Part shown: positions 1 to 11,502 of the stretch, piece by piece
Layout: every line of letters begins with the position of its first letter
Position numbering within the stretch: the stretch's first letter is position 1
Source: a virus
Lineage: Duplodnaviria > Caudoviricetes
Virus record (IMG/VR): IMGVR_UViG_3300037422_000298
Strand: one strand, 5' to 3'
Length of the DNA: 64,000 nucleotides
The notes under the pieces: generated by a model
The model's database searches: none
What the model saw: the letters and a program-made list of their open reading frames with translations, nothing else
Told to the model about the DNA's origin: nothing
Position numbers and translations under genes: made by a program

Positions 1-17
1 CTCGCTTTGCTGAATAA
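1..17. promoter_or_regulatory. Recurrent upstream motif CTCGCTTTGCTGAATAA (cut by window edge)
   Basis: Identical to part of 48267-48288; near copy at 2539-2560; all precede + strand genes. Confidence 0.55.
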
Positions 18-77
18 CTTGATCTAGTCTGGTGTCTATCAGGCGAACCGAACAACGAGCAACACGGAGGCCTGAAG

Positions 78-323
78 ATGACGTCCATGCGCGATGCGAT
101 CATGTCGAACCCCACGCTGGCTGCGACCGTTCACCAGAACCAGGAGCAGCGTCGTATCGCAGCTCAGCTGCGCGACGTGCGGCGCGCCAAAGCGCAGCGT
201 GATGCTGCGATCATCGCCTTGATCAAGGCGCGGCGGAACAAGAAGCGCTCGCGTCCGTTGCTGGAACAGGTGTTGGCCTGCGTTGCACGGGTGCGGTTCA
301 CGCAGGAGGTTCTGGCGGCGTAG
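78..323 (+). CDS. Hypothetical protein
   Basis: GGAGG RBS upstream of ATG; first gene of + strand run. Confidence 0.6.
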   Translation: MTSMRDAIMSNPTLAATVHQNQEQRRIAAQLRDVRRAKAQRDAAIIALIKARRNKKRSRPLLEQVLACVARVRFTQEVLAA

Positions 324-352
324 CCCGCTCGCGGGCGCAGCCCGCTTCTGAC

Positions 353-419
353 GGCTCTGCCGCGGTTGGTCCCGGCTGAGGTTTGAGTCCCCGTGGCGGT
401 TCGATCCCGCCCAGAGCCG
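353..419 (+). ncRNA. tRNA-like element (degenerate)
   Basis: Acceptor-like stem GGCTCTG(353-359)/CAGAGCC(412-418) and T-arm GGCGG-TTCGATC-CCGCC (395-411); D/anticodon part short and non-canonical; no encoded CCA. Confidence 0.45.
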
Positions 420-477
420 CGAAAAAGTCTTCGGTCCAGGTCGACCGGGGAGCCCCCATCACCACCAAGGAGCGCAC

Positions 478-741
478 GTGAAGAAGCCCAACAGTCCATC
501 GGCGACACCGCCCGCACAAACCGCCCAACCCGCACGGCCGACCTGGCTCTTCAACTGGGTTGGTGGCGGCTACAACACCGTGCAGGCCAATACGCGTGAG
601 GAAGCGCTGCAGCTCGCGCGAGCGAAGGGTGCACCCTCGGGCACGTTCAACGGCCTCACGGTCGACGAGCGCACGCTTCACATCGCAACGGACGCCGAGA
701 TCGCCAAGTGGGATCGCTGGGGCGCCTCGATGTTCAACTGA
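478..741 (+). CDS. Hypothetical protein
   Basis: AGGAG RBS, GTG start. Confidence 0.6.
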   Translation: MKKPNSPSATPPAQTAQPARPTWLFNWVGGGYNTVQANTREEALQLARAKGAPSGTFNGLTVDERTLHIATDAEIAKWDRWGASMFN

Positions 742-748
742 GGCCACC

Positions 749-943
749 ATGAAGACGCTCGTCACCACCAGCAAGAAACAGTTCCCCGGCGGCGTGACCA
801 CGGCCTACGTTCTCGACGAAGGCGCGACCTACGGTGTCTCCGTGATCACCCGCTTCGATTCCGGGAACTACATCACCAACTACAAAGAGTCGGGCATGCA
901 GCCCGCCGAGGCGCTGAAGACCGCCGAGTTCTACACCCGCTGA
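749..943 (+). CDS. Hypothetical protein
   Basis: GAGG RBS; ATG re-picked within ORF 560..943. Confidence 0.55.
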   Translation: MKTLVTTSKKQFPGGVTTAYVLDEGATYGVSVITRFDSGNYITNYKESGMQPAEALKTAEFYTR

Positions 944-954
944 AGGAGCCGACC

Positions 955-1335
955 ATGACCACGAAGCAGAAGGATCCTCGACCTGAAGAGATCGCGGCAG
1001 ACGCCGCGAAGGCCAGCGAGCGCGGTAGCCACCGCGAGGCCGAGAAGCTGTACCTGACGGCCGCGGCACGCGCCTCGGCGTACACCAACTCGCCGACGAT
1101 GAAGAAGAACATGGCGCATTGGGACAAGTGCGCTTCGCGCGAGCGGCGCTTGGCAGAGTTGACGCGCGAAATGTCGCCGCACGTGCCGCTCGCCGTCGAG
1201 CTGACCGAGGACGAGAAGGCGATGGCGTCGAACGGCGACATCATTGGCGCGATCAAGAACGTGCGTGCCCGGATGGGCATCGGACTCAGGGACGCCAAAG
1301 ACGCCGTCGATGCCTACCGCGCGAGGATGCAGTAG
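955..1335 (+). CDS. Protein with C-terminal ribosomal bL12 (L7/L12) CTD-like domain
   Basis: IGAIKNVRARMGIGLRDAKDAVD resembles the bL12 motif AIKxVRxxTGLGLKEAKDxVE; AAGGAG RBS. Confidence 0.7.
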   Translation: MTTKQKDPRPEEIAADAAKASERGSHREAEKLYLTAAARASAYTNSPTMKKNMAHWDKCASRERRLAELTREMSPHVPLAVELTEDEKAMASNGDIIGAIKNVRARMGIGLRDAKDAVDAYRARMQ

Positions 1336-1337
1336 TC

Positions 1338-1766
1338 ATGACCAAGCTCAACGCCATCAAGATCGTGTTCGAACGCGCCGAGGGTCGCGTCGAGGAGTGC
1401 ACCAAGCACGTGTTCGAGGGTCCGACGTGCTGGGAAGACGTCGAGGCGCACATTCGCAAGGCGCGCATGACCGCGCCCGCGACGGGCGGCTACGACAAGT
1501 GCGACGTCGAGATCACGTACGAGAAGGACGCCACGGGCGACCAGCTGACGTACTCGCTGCGCTACGACATGCAGCACCCCGACCGCAGCGGCTACGGCGA
1601 CACGCTCGCCAAGCACGTGGCGTCGAGTTGGCTGTTCTATTCGATGCGTGAGACGCCGTCGCACCTGACGCGCGAGCAGCACGTGCGCGTGCTCAAGAAC
1701 ATCGGCGCCGACACGGCTGAATGGTCGCGACTGATCGATACGTACGCCGTGCCGGGGTTGGCATGA
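1338..1766 (+). CDS. LPD25-like (polyvalent protein domain) protein
   Basis: GGYDKCDVEI...YSLRYDM pattern. Confidence 0.45.
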   Translation: MTKLNAIKIVFERAEGRVEECTKHVFEGPTCWEDVEAHIRKARMTAPATGGYDKCDVEITYEKDATGDQLTYSLRYDMQHPDRSGYGDTLAKHVASSWLFYSMRETPSHLTREQHVRVLKNIGADTAEWSRLIDTYAVPGLA

Positions 1767-2582
1767 TTGGCTACAACCTCTACTACGTCCCGCGTGATCA
1801 GCACCCTGAGACGGGCGACGCGTGGGAGGGTGAGCCGGTGTTTCTGCACTTGAGCTACAGCACGTGGGCCGAAGCCGAAGCGGCCCGTCGTGTGCTCAAG
1901 ACGCTGTACCACGACAGCGGCGGGCACATCGAGATCGATGTCAGGTCCGCGCCGAATACGCACATGCCGGGTGAAGGAGCGTAGTCGTGACCGACGACAA
2001 GCTCAAGCAGCTCAAGACGCGCGTCTACGAGCTGTACGGCCGTCAGCATCTCTACGACCCGCGCAACATCTTCATCGACACGCAGCCCAAGACGCGGCGC
2101 CACGAAGACAAGATCCCCGGTTGGTCGGGGACGTGGGTCGACATCTCGGTGTTCGTTCCCGACGACGACGAGGAGGGTCAGTAGTTCATGCAGGCGTTCC
2201 CCGAAGAACATCTCGGCATCATGAATCGCGTCGGTTACATGAAGAAGCTCGCGACGAGCCTCGTTGCCGACTACAACACTGGCGTTGCCATCAACCAGGT
2301 TGATGCGTTCACGCTCGCTCGGTTGGTTCAGGTCTTCTTCGAAGACGATCTTCCCAAGCTGACCGCAAAGGAGCCGCAACCGTGATCTACAAGAAGGTCG
2401 TCTCCGATGCGGAATTTGCAGCGTGGGCCGAGAGCTGCAAGCCCTGCACGTACTGCGGCGCCAAGTTCATCGGGCCGGTTTGCGCGTGCGAGAAACGGCT
2501 ATTGCAAAGGCCGATCCCGGGAGCGATCGACCAACAATTTACTCTCGCTTTGTCGAATAAACGTCCGCGGCGCGGCGTCTAG
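1763..2582 (+). other. Four small hypothetical genes (1763-1984, 1987-2184, 2188-2385, 2382-2582)
   Basis: Abutting or overlapping stop/start codons; the last has CxxC motifs. Confidence 0.55.
2539..2560. promoter_or_regulatory. Recurrent motif TTACTCTCGCTTTGTCGAATAA
   Basis: Near-identical to 48267-48288 and 1-17; upstream of TATGAT -10 (2602-2607). Confidence 0.55.
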
Positions 2583-2614
2583 TATTTTGAACTGGGTCAC
2601 GTATGATTCTGAAC

Positions 2615-3226
2615 ATGAGCAACACCAAAGGCTACCAAGTTCGGCTCACGCTGGAACAGAAGACCGAGATCCAGTCGCTCTACGCCAGCGGAACGCCGTA
2701 TACGACGATCATCAAGCGGTTCAAGTGCAGCACGGGTAGCTTCTGGAACGTCGTTCGCGGACTGCAGCATCAGATTCGCGACGCAAGGTTCGAGCAGAAC
2801 GTTGCGAGGATCTCGGCGCTCACCGAGGCCGAGGTTGGTTGGATCGCCGGAATCGTTGATGGTGAGGGCTACATCGGACTCGTCGAGGACGGCGACCGTG
2901 AGACCCTGACGCCGCGCGTAGACGTGTACAGCACCACCAAGTGCATGCAGACCGAGTTGAATCGCCTAGTCGGCGCTGGACATCTCGGACAGAAACGGCC
3001 GCGCGACGGCGAGAAGCAGCTCTTTGGGTGGTCGCTCTGGTCGGTCGAAACCATCGGGCCGTTCCTCGAAGTCATCACACCGTATCTAGTCGTCAAACGA
3101 CGTGTGGCGCAGGTCGTTTTGGACTTTTGTTCGCGCCGCCGCGCGCTGCGCGGTCAACCGTACGACGCTCGCGATTGGCGCGCACTCAAGCGTGTCCGCG
3201 AGTTGAACAAGAAAGGTCGCTCATGA
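2615..3226 (+). CDS. LAGLIDADG homing endonuclease with N-terminal HTH-like region
   Basis: WIAGIVDGEGYIGL motif; downstream PYLVVKR typical of the family. Confidence 0.8.
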   Translation: MSNTKGYQVRLTLEQKTEIQSLYASGTPYTTIIKRFKCSTGSFWNVVRGLQHQIRDARFEQNVARISALTEAEVGWIAGIVDGEGYIGLVEDGDRETLTPRVDVYSTTKCMQTELNRLVGAGHLGQKRPRDGEKQLFGWSLWSVETIGPFLEVITPYLVVKRRVAQVVLDFCSRRRALRGQPYDARDWRALKRVRELNKKGRS

Positions 3227-4614
3227 GCAAACTCGAACTGTCTATCAACGTGAAGTACTTGCCGGATTGGGGCTATTGGGAGGGTTTGAGGGAGCTGGTG
3301 CAGAACGGCAAGGACGCGGAGACCGAGTTCAACGCGCCGCTCAAGGTCACGTTCTACAACAACACGCTGCGGATCGAGAACGAGGGTGCCGAGCTGACGC
3401 GCGAGGCGTTGCTGTTCGGTACGTCGAGCAAGGTCGGCCGCAGCGACATGATCGGCAAGTTCGGCGAAGGTCTCAAGCTCGGCGTGCTCGCGCTGGTACG
3501 TGGCGGCCGGAGCGTCAAGATCCGCACGGGCGGTGAGGTGTGGACGGCGTACATCGCACGCAGCGAGCGCTATGACGCGGACGTGCTGCACTTCGACTGC
3601 AAAGGCGGCAACGAAGAGAAGCGTCGCGTGCGCGTCGAGATCGACAACGTCAGCACGGCGGACTGGGATACGGTCAAAGACCGCTTTCTGTTCCTGTCGA
3701 AGGTCAAGCAGGACGATCGTGTCGACACGAACCGCGGCACGCTGCTGCTCGGTGACAAGTACAAGGGTCGGGTGTTCGTCAAGGGCATCTACGTGCAGAC
3801 CGATCAGCGTCTCAGCTACGGCTACGACTTCCGCGACGCCGAGATCGATCGCGACCGCAAGATGATCTCGTCGTGGAACCTGCAGTGGGAGACTGGCCAG
3901 ATCTGCTCGGAGGCGGCGGCCAAGCGGCCCGACCTGCTCGATCCGTTCTTCAACATGATGCTCGACGGCAAATCCGACGTCGCGGGCCTGGAGAACAGCC
4001 CGTACTACGCGAACAAGGATCTGCAGAAGAAGGTCGCCGAGAAGTTCACCGCGAAGTTCGGCAAGGACGCGTTGCCCGTCGCGACGTTGGCGGAATCGGC
4101 CGAGATCGAGCACCTCGGCAAGAAGGGTGTCATCGTCAGCAAGTCGCTCGGTGCCGTGCTTGCCGAGACGCTTGGTGACAAGCAAGAGCTGCAGAAGCAG
4201 CTTCGCGAGGAAGTCGTCAAGACGCTGTCGTGGAGCGATCTCGACGAGTCGCAGCGGACGTCGCTCTGGGAAGCGCTCTACTTGATCGCCGTGGCCCGGC
4301 CCGACCGTGATGTCACTACGGCGATCGAACGCGGCGAGAAGGTCGTCGCCCCGGACAAGCTCTCTGCGCAGAAGCTGATGGATCTTGTCGACGTCGTCGA
4401 GTTCCGGTCGCCGACGCTGATGGGACAGTTCAAGGACGGCCGCCTGCTCGTCGCTTCGCGGCTGCTGGCCGACCGTGACCTGACGCTGGAGACGCTGGTG
4501 CACGAGTTCGCGCATCGCGATGGCGGCGACGGCGAGAAGGGCCACGTCAACGCGATCGAGGCGCTCTGGCGCGACATCGTCAAGTTCCTCCGCAACGGAG
4601 GCAAGGCGTCGTGA
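3223..4614 (+). CDS. GHKL (HSP90/MutL-type) ATPase with C-terminal HExxH motif
   Basis: LRELVQNGKDA (N box), IENEG, IGKFGEGLKLG (G2), TLVHEFAH. Confidence 0.8.
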   Translation: MSKLELSINVKYLPDWGYWEGLRELVQNGKDAETEFNAPLKVTFYNNTLRIENEGAELTREALLFGTSSKVGRSDMIGKFGEGLKLGVLALVRGGRSVKIRTGGEVWTAYIARSERYDADVLHFDCKGGNEEKRRVRVEIDNVSTADWDTVKDRFLFLSKVKQDDRVDTNRGTLLLGDKYKGRVFVKGIYVQTDQRLSYGYDFRDAEIDRDRKMISSWNLQWETGQICSEAAAKRPDLLDPFFNMMLDGKSDVAGLENSPYYANKDLQKKVAEKFTAKFGKDALPVATLAESAEIEHLGKKGVIVSKSLGAVLAETLGDKQELQKQLREEVVKTLSWSDLDESQRTSLWEALYLIAVARPDRDVTTAIERGEKVVAPDKLSAQKLMDLVDVVEFRSPTLMGQFKDGRLLVASRLLADRDLTLETLVHEFAHRDGGDGEKGHVNAIEALWRDIVKFLRNGGKAS

Positions 4615-7600
4615 AGCTCGATCTCTCCCCCGACGAGCTACGGGCTATCGTCGAGCGGATCGACCTCCCGTTCGACACGTCTCGCGACGAGTACACCGGC
4701 ATCTCGCCGACTGTGCGCTCGGCGTTCAACAAGCTCTCGAAAGCGAACCATGAAATGCGTGCGGCCGAACGCGCAGTGATCATCGCGACGTTCAAGACGC
4801 CCGAAGGCGAGATCACCGCGCGCGTCACGCGTCTGCCCGACGGCGTCGCTGCGATGGCCTTCATGACCGACGTGCACGTGCACGGTGACTGGACGCTCAT
4901 TCGCAGCGCCGATGACACCGGTATCGAGTGGCGCAGCAACGGCATGATCGTCCCGACGCCGACCGACGACGAGCTGTCCAAGAACAAGAAGAACGCACTC
5001 CGCAACGCGACGCGGGCGATGCTCGCGTGGGTGCTGTCGTGAAGCGTCAGCGCTACGCAGCGAAGCACCGGCTTGATTTCGCCGACGGTGTGTCAGTTCC
5101 GCGGAACACGATCTTGACGACGCCGCGCATTCCCGCGTGGGCACGCATCCTGCTGCACGGCTGCGTGCCGTTGCATGTTCAAGGCAAAGTCCGCATCGTC
5201 GCCGACCACGAAGTCAAGGAGATCAAGTCGTGACGTGGACCATGTTGCACATGCAAATGAGGTCCAGCGGCCTGGCGGCCGACATCGTACGTGAGACGCG
5301 TACGCTGATGGCAGTATCGCCGGAGTGGTTGTTGCCGCTCTCTGCCGAGCAACGCGCAGCAGAGACGCGCGCCCAGGTCGAGATCCTGCACGCGATCAAG
5401 CAGCACCTGGATGGCAGCCACGCCGGACACAGCAACGAACGCCGTTACATCGCGAGCCGTGCTGTCGTCGTAACGGGTCCGACGGACGACGATGGCGTCT
5501 CGATCAAGTGCAACGATCCGATCTGTCGCGCGTGGTATCGGCGCGATGAAGGAGAAACTCCGTGAACAAACCCGACGACATCAACATCATCGCAGACACC
5601 GGCTGGCAACACGTAGCGCTGACATCGCGGCCGAGCCGCGGCATCAACGACTACATGCGTGAGATCAAGTTCGCTGATCAACTCAACGACGATCAACTCA
5701 AGGCCGTGTGCCGCTGGCTCGAATGCGACAACTGCCCCGGCTGGACCGGCGTAAAGGCACAGCTGTTGTTCGGCTCGAACAGCACGCCCGTCGAGTATCG
5801 CTTCACTTGCACGTATGATTCTAGCGATTAGTCTGTCGTGAGCGAGATCGTCGTCAAGATCGTTCAGGCGCCGCTCGAACCGCGGCTTGCGCATTCCGTC
5901 AGCTTCGATGAGACGGACGCGCGCGAATGGGCGCGCTTCGCGATGAAGCACAACGGCTGGCAGGCACCGTGCGTCATCGGCATGCCAGTGCCGTCGCGGC
6001 AGAGCAACTTCAGTGACGTGGAGGTTGCGGTCGCGATCGCCGCGCCCGACGGGCGCGTCGCGGTCTGGTACGGCCAGGCGACGACGGGGTGGGAGAACAA
6101 CCGCGGCGCGCGCCGTCGTCGTCGTGAGGTGTCTTGCTACGAAGCGGGACTGTCCGTACTCGGCTGTCGTGCCGTCGCCGCCATTTGGGATGATCGCCGC
6201 AGGCGCGGCGGCGCGCGCGACGTCACACCGTTGGCGTTGGCGGCCTGCCGCGTGCTGCACGCCGACGTATTCGGCTACGAATCGGCGCCGCGTGATCGGC
6301 TGTTGCGTGAATTCGCGCCGCTTTGCGGCGCCCAGCGGCCAGAGACGACACATCTGATACGCGCGTCCGACGATGCGCTGCTGGCCGCGAGCACGCTACT
6401 GATGCTCGATAACTACCAGGGCGCGTGTGCGTTGCTGGCTGGAAAGGGAGTCTACGAATCGTGACCGCAAAACCGAAAACGAAGCTGCCTATCGTCGTCG
6501 ACGCCACTGGCATGCGTCGCATGATCAAAAAGTTCCAGTGTCCGGGTTGTGTTCGCGGCTGCGATCTCGACTGCGGCGCGTTCAAGCTCGCCGACAAGCT
6601 CGGCGGTACCGAAGCGTTTCAGTGCGCAGGCCATGTCGCCGGAACGATGATTCTGGGTGGCGGCATGGTCGCGCTCGGGCTGCCCAAGGGCTTCAACAAG
6701 GTCGGCGCGCTGCACTATGGCTCCGGCGCCATGACGAGCAACATCCGACTGTGGCTCGACGGAGCGATGCCGCAGTGGGACGACTTCAACGTCCCCGTGT
6801 GGGCGATGAAAGAGGGCAAGTACACGTTCGTTCGGACGTACTCGCCGCGCATCAACACGGGCTGGGTCGACGTGATCGAAGACGGACCGATCGTCGCGAA
6901 GATCGTATGCAGGCCCGACACGCGACCGATCGACGTTGCCAAGTTCCACGGGGAGATCGACTGATGTCGGATTCCAAGAAACGCCAACGCATCCAACGGC
7001 CAACGTCGACGACGATTCCGTTGCCGACGTCGGACGACAACCCGTTCCCGAAGCGTCGTGCCGCGCTGTTCGCTTCTGGCGGCAAACGCGTCGAGAAGAT
7101 CGAAGACGCCAACTACGTGCGCATTTGGCTCGAAGACGGCACCGAGATCGATGTCGAGCTGTTCCAGCGACACGGCTGGTCGTTGCTCAACGTTCGCAGT
7201 CCGACCGACATGCTGATGGTCGTGCCGGACGCAGCGAACACCATCTATATCGGGAAGCGCCGTGAAGATCCGATGTGAATACTTCGAGCGCTACGGCGAC
7301 TCTGGTCGAAAGGGACTGTGCGAAAGTCCAGCGACGTTGGCGCTAGTAAAGAGCGACGTGCGGCCCGCGATTCGTGTTTGCGGCCACCACGCAGACACGA
7401 TCGTGTCGAGGTTTCCAGAACTGGGCGGCGTCAAAGATCGATTCATACCAGTCACGTCCCTCGACGAGTTCGGCCGGGTGCGATGAGCTACGAGATTCAA
7501 CTCGACGAGTTCGCCTGCAGCAATGCGTGCCGCGGCTCCAGTACTGTGAAGATCGCCGAAGAAAGCGGTCGTTCGATTCACTGGGGCAACGCGAGCCATC

Positions 7601-8013
7601 ACGGTGAAACGCGACCGATCGTCACGGTCAAGATCGGCTTCTTGTCGATCACGGTCGACGAAGCGATCTTCGGCGCCAACGGCAAGAAGAAGCTGAGCGC
7701 ACTGCATCACCGCTACGTCTTTCAGATCATCGACGAGGAACAAGAACAACGCCGCCTCGCAGATACGACGCCCGCGAACCGCTTCGATGCTGCGACTGCG
7801 GCGGTCACCGCAGGCGACTACGAGCTGGCGTGCAACATCGAGTCGTCGGTGCTCGACATGATCGTTCTGACCGCCGTGCAAGCGCTCGCGAAGAACGCCA
7901 CGGTCGAGCACATCGCGGGCATCCTGCGCGAGGCATCGTACGAATCCACGCGCATTTACCGTCGGGGTTTCGATGCCGCGAAGACGGAATTGCGAACGTG
8001 GCTCCAAACTTAG
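4611..8013 (+). other. Run of hypothetical genes (4611-5042, 5039-5233, 5230-5565, 5562-5831, 5838-6464, 6461-6964, 6964-7278, 7262-7486, 7483-8013)
   Basis: GTGA/ATGA overlaps chain the ORFs; no recognisable domains. Confidence 0.55.
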
Positions 8014-8016
8014 CTC

Positions 8017-8045
8017 TTGACAAGTTACTCTTGCTTTGATAGACT
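8017..8045 (+). promoter_or_regulatory. Sigma70-type promoter
   Basis: TTGACA(8017-8022)-N17-TAGACT(8040-8045), intergenic, AAGGAG RBS downstream. Confidence 0.7.
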
Positions 8046-8073
8046 CAGGTCAGATGGTAGAAGGAGCACCCCG

Positions 8074-9579
8074 ATGAGTGACAAGAACTGGTTCGAAATC
8101 GATCCCAAAGGTCTGGCCAAGCTGATCGAGCGGCGCGGCAAGATCGCGCTGGTCCACGAGCTGATCGCGAACGCACTCGACGCCGACGACTCGAAGCTCG
8201 TCGAAGTCCTGTTGGAGCCCGAGGAGGGCGTGCCGCACGCGACGGTGGTCGTGCGCGACGACTCGCCTGGCGGCTTCGCCAACATGAGCGACGCGTGGAC
8301 GCTGTTCGCCGAGTCGAGCCGCAAGAGCTACGCGAACAAGCGCGGCCGGTTCAACCTCGGCGAGAAGTTGATCTTGGCGCTGTGCAACGAGGCGTCGATC
8401 ATCTCGACCAGTGCAGCGGTGATGTTCGACCACCGCGGACGGCATGCCATGAAGGCGCGGCGCCCGAAGGGCACCGAGTTCATGGGCATCGCGCGAATCA
8501 CGCGCGCCGAACTGGCCGAGATCAAGACTGGCCTCCGCAAGATCATCGCGCCGTTGGGGGTGACGGTTCTCGTCAACGGCGACAAGTTGCCGACGCGGAA
8601 GACGCTCAAGACCGTCGAGGCAACGCTCGCGACGGAGATCGCCGACGACGAGGGCATCCTGCGCCGCTCGGCGCGCAAGACGACCATCGACATCTACGAG
8701 CCGCTGCCTGGCGAGACGGCGATGCTTTACGAGATGGGCATCCCGGTCGTGGAGACCGGCGACAAGTGGCACGTCGACGTCCAGCAGAAGATCCCGCTCA
8801 ACATGGACCGCGACAACGTGACGCCCGCGTACCTGCGCGACGTGCGCACGCTCGTGGTCAACGCGATGCACGACCAGCTCACCGAGGCGGACGCCGCGTC
8901 GACGTTCGTGAACGAGGCGCTCGCCGACGAGAACGCGGCACCGGAAGCCGTCAGCAAGGCGCTCGACCTCAAGTACGGTGTCAAGCGCGCGATCTGGGAT
9001 CCGAACGATCCCGAGGCGAACATGAACCTGACCGCGCAGGGCTACACGCTCATCAAGGGCGCGCAGCTGACTGGTGCGCAGTGGGCGAACGTCAAGAAGC
9101 ACGACGCGCAGCGCACGCGGCCCGCCGGGCAGATCGCACCGACGAAGAAGGCGGTGTTCGGTCCCGACGGCGAGGACGTCTGGGTGCCGCACGAGAAGTG
9201 GACGCCCATGATGCGCGCCGTCGTCGAGTACACGCGCGAGATCTGCAACGCGCTCCTCGACACGGCCATCAGCGTCAACGTTCTGTCCGACATCCGGTTG
9301 TCGTACGCTGCGTGCTATGGCGACCAGGGCTTCGTGTTCAACCTCGGGCGGCTCGGGCACAAGTTCTTCGACCGTGTGATGGAAGAAGTGCCAGACGGCG
9401 CCGTCACGGGTTGGCGGCCGACCGTCGAGCTGAACGGGCTGATCATCCACGAGCTGGGACATCACATCGAGAGCAACCACCTCGACGAGAAGTATCACGA
9501 GGCGCTCTGCAACCTCGGCGCGAAGATGACGGCGCTCGCGTTGGCGAATCCGAAGCTGTTCTTTCGAGGTGTGAAGTGA
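8074..9579 (+). CDS. Second GHKL ATPase with C-terminal HExxH motif
   Basis: VHELIANALDA, VRDDSPGGF, RGRFNLGEK, GTEF; IIHELGH near C-terminus. Confidence 0.8.
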   Translation: MSDKNWFEIDPKGLAKLIERRGKIALVHELIANALDADDSKLVEVLLEPEEGVPHATVVVRDDSPGGFANMSDAWTLFAESSRKSYANKRGRFNLGEKLILALCNEASIISTSAAVMFDHRGRHAMKARRPKGTEFMGIARITRAELAEIKTGLRKIIAPLGVTVLVNGDKLPTRKTLKTVEATLATEIADDEGILRRSARKTTIDIYEPLPGETAMLYEMGIPVVETGDKWHVDVQQKIPLNMDRDNVTPAYLRDVRTLVVNAMHDQLTEADAASTFVNEALADENAAPEAVSKALDLKYGVKRAIWDPNDPEANMNLTAQGYTLIKGAQLTGAQWANVKKHDAQRTRPAGQIAPTKKAVFGPDGEDVWVPHEKWTPMMRAVVEYTREICNALLDTAISVNVLSDIRLSYAACYGDQGFVFNLGRLGHKFFDRVMEEVPDGAVTGWRPTVELNGLIIHELGHHIESNHLDEKYHEALCNLGAKMTALALANPKLFFRGVK

Positions 9580-11502
9580 GCCCGCAGTCCTCGGAGCTTC
9601 GTAGCGCCGCATTCAACTACGGGAATAGCGAGATTGCTGACGACGCGGCGTGGGTGCGTCTGCACAACGCAGCAATCGACTACGTCTCGATGCTGCTCAC
9701 GGGCGGCGCTGCTGACGGTGCGCGCTTCGAGGGCGACTGCAAGAAGTGGTTGGAGTTCGTGCGGGCGAATCCCAACGCCTTCGCGCGTGCGCTCGAAGAT
9801 CTGAAGTACCTGAAGAGGACATGACTGTGAAGTTCTCGCTCCCCGACTGTTCGACGGCCAAAGACTTCGCCAAGCGGCTTCGTCCGTTTCCGATCGGCCT
9901 TCTTCGGCAGATGAAGACCGAACGCGAAGTCGCCGTCGTTGAGCTTCGCGAGATCGAACGCGAGATCACGCGCCGACGTCCGGCGAAGACCGTGCACTAC
10001 ACGGTCGTGCTCGACGACTTGCATCACGGCAGCGGCATCTGGTTCTTCTACCCACAAGCGAACGGCAAACGACGTCGCGTGCATCCGCGCGGTCCCGGCG
10101 GCGGCACGAAGTATCCGCAGGACATCTGCGCCGACGAGGTCGACGCGTGGATGAAACGTGAGGGCATCACGCACGTGTTCGCCGAGACCGAGGACAACGA
10201 GACCAGCCCCGAGTGCATCAAGCACGGCAAGCACACACGCGCCACGTTCATCAAGTGGTGGCGTCAACTCGAAGATCAAGACGAAAGTTTCGTTCGATGA
10301 AACGATACGTTCTACTCAAGCTCACGATCCCGCAGGCTCAAGCGGCGCTGAATGCGTGCGATTTGATCGCCGAACAGCTACGCGCCGATGGCGAAAACAA
10401 ACGCGAGGCCGAGCTGTACCAGCGCGCCAGTGACACCATCGAAAGGCAGCTGTCCTCGTGAGGCGCACGGTCAAAGCCGCTGCGACGCACGGCGAAGTCG
10501 GCATTCAACGAGTCGGCGTGTCGCAAGTCCAGATCGATCTCGGCAGCACCGAGATGCAGCTGTTGAGCGAACACGAGGTGCTCGACCTGATCGAGCTGCT
10601 GACGCGAACGCGCTTGGAATTCCAGCGCGAGCGAATGCAGAAGGAGGGCCTGTGAAAATCGCTGCTGAATCCGGTGAACGCGTCACCGTCATCGTTCCAT
10701 CACGGCACGTAAGCAATTGCGCCGTCATGATCGAAGACGACCAGCGCAACAATCTCGTCGAGGTGGTCATCGAAGACGGCCTGATCGGCAACGTCAAGGA
10801 GAACGTCGCGCGTCGATACAGTCATGTCGAAGACCGCCTCACGTTGTGGGCACATTTGGTCTCCGAACACGGCTCGTGTATCGGGCTCGACATGTCGCTC
10901 GACGAGCTGATCAAGGGACACGAGCAAGAGCACAAGGGCCCCGGAACGATCCGGAACCACGACCCCAATTCGCGCGAGGCGCGCCTGCCGAAGATCATCA
11001 CCGTGCTCAGCGAGTCGGATCATTACGGCTTGCCGAGGATGACCGACGAAGAACTGCGGGCACATGCGAGAAGCGTCAACCGCGAGATCGAGTTCCGCCT
11101 CAGAGCAGCCGACGACGACTACGAAGGCAGCTTCCGCGAGGCCGCTGACAACGAAGGTGCACGCATCGCAGCTGGGTCGAGGAAGGAAGACTGACCGTGG
11201 CCAAGTACGAACTGGAGATCACGATCCGTCCCGAAGACGTCGACAAGCGGCATACGCTCGCGTCGCGGATCGACATGGCACTCGCGCTCAGTGGCTGCCG
11301 GATCACGGCGGGCGAGTACGACGTGATCATCGAGCGCAAGAGCGCAGCGCAGCTGCGTCGCGAAGCGAAGGCCGAAGCGGAGGCCAGTGCCGCTGCGCCG
11401 GAGGCTTCGAGCGACGAGCCGAACGCGTGTCCTCGGTGCGGCAAGTGGTGGTGCGCACGTGCGACCGGATGCACCGGCAACGCGGAGAGCGCCGCGCCAT
11501 GA
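9576..11502 (+). other. Run of hypothetical genes (9576-9824, 9821-10300, 10297-10461, 10458-10655, 10652-11194, 11197-11502)
   Basis: Overlapping stop/start chain. Confidence 0.55.

Noticed and set aside
2582-3226. Intron or intein around the LAGLIDADG genes
   Set aside because: Both have their own starts and stops overlapping neighbours; no splice motifs or split host gene evident.
3154-4545. 463-aa - strand ORF (likewise 23610..24767, 38315..39061, 49839..50825)
   Set aside because: Antisense shadows of well-supported + strand genes.
8050-9824. Long ORFs 8050..9612 (-) and 8295..9824 (+)
   Set aside because: Shadow frames of the GC-rich GHKL gene; only 9576-9824 kept.
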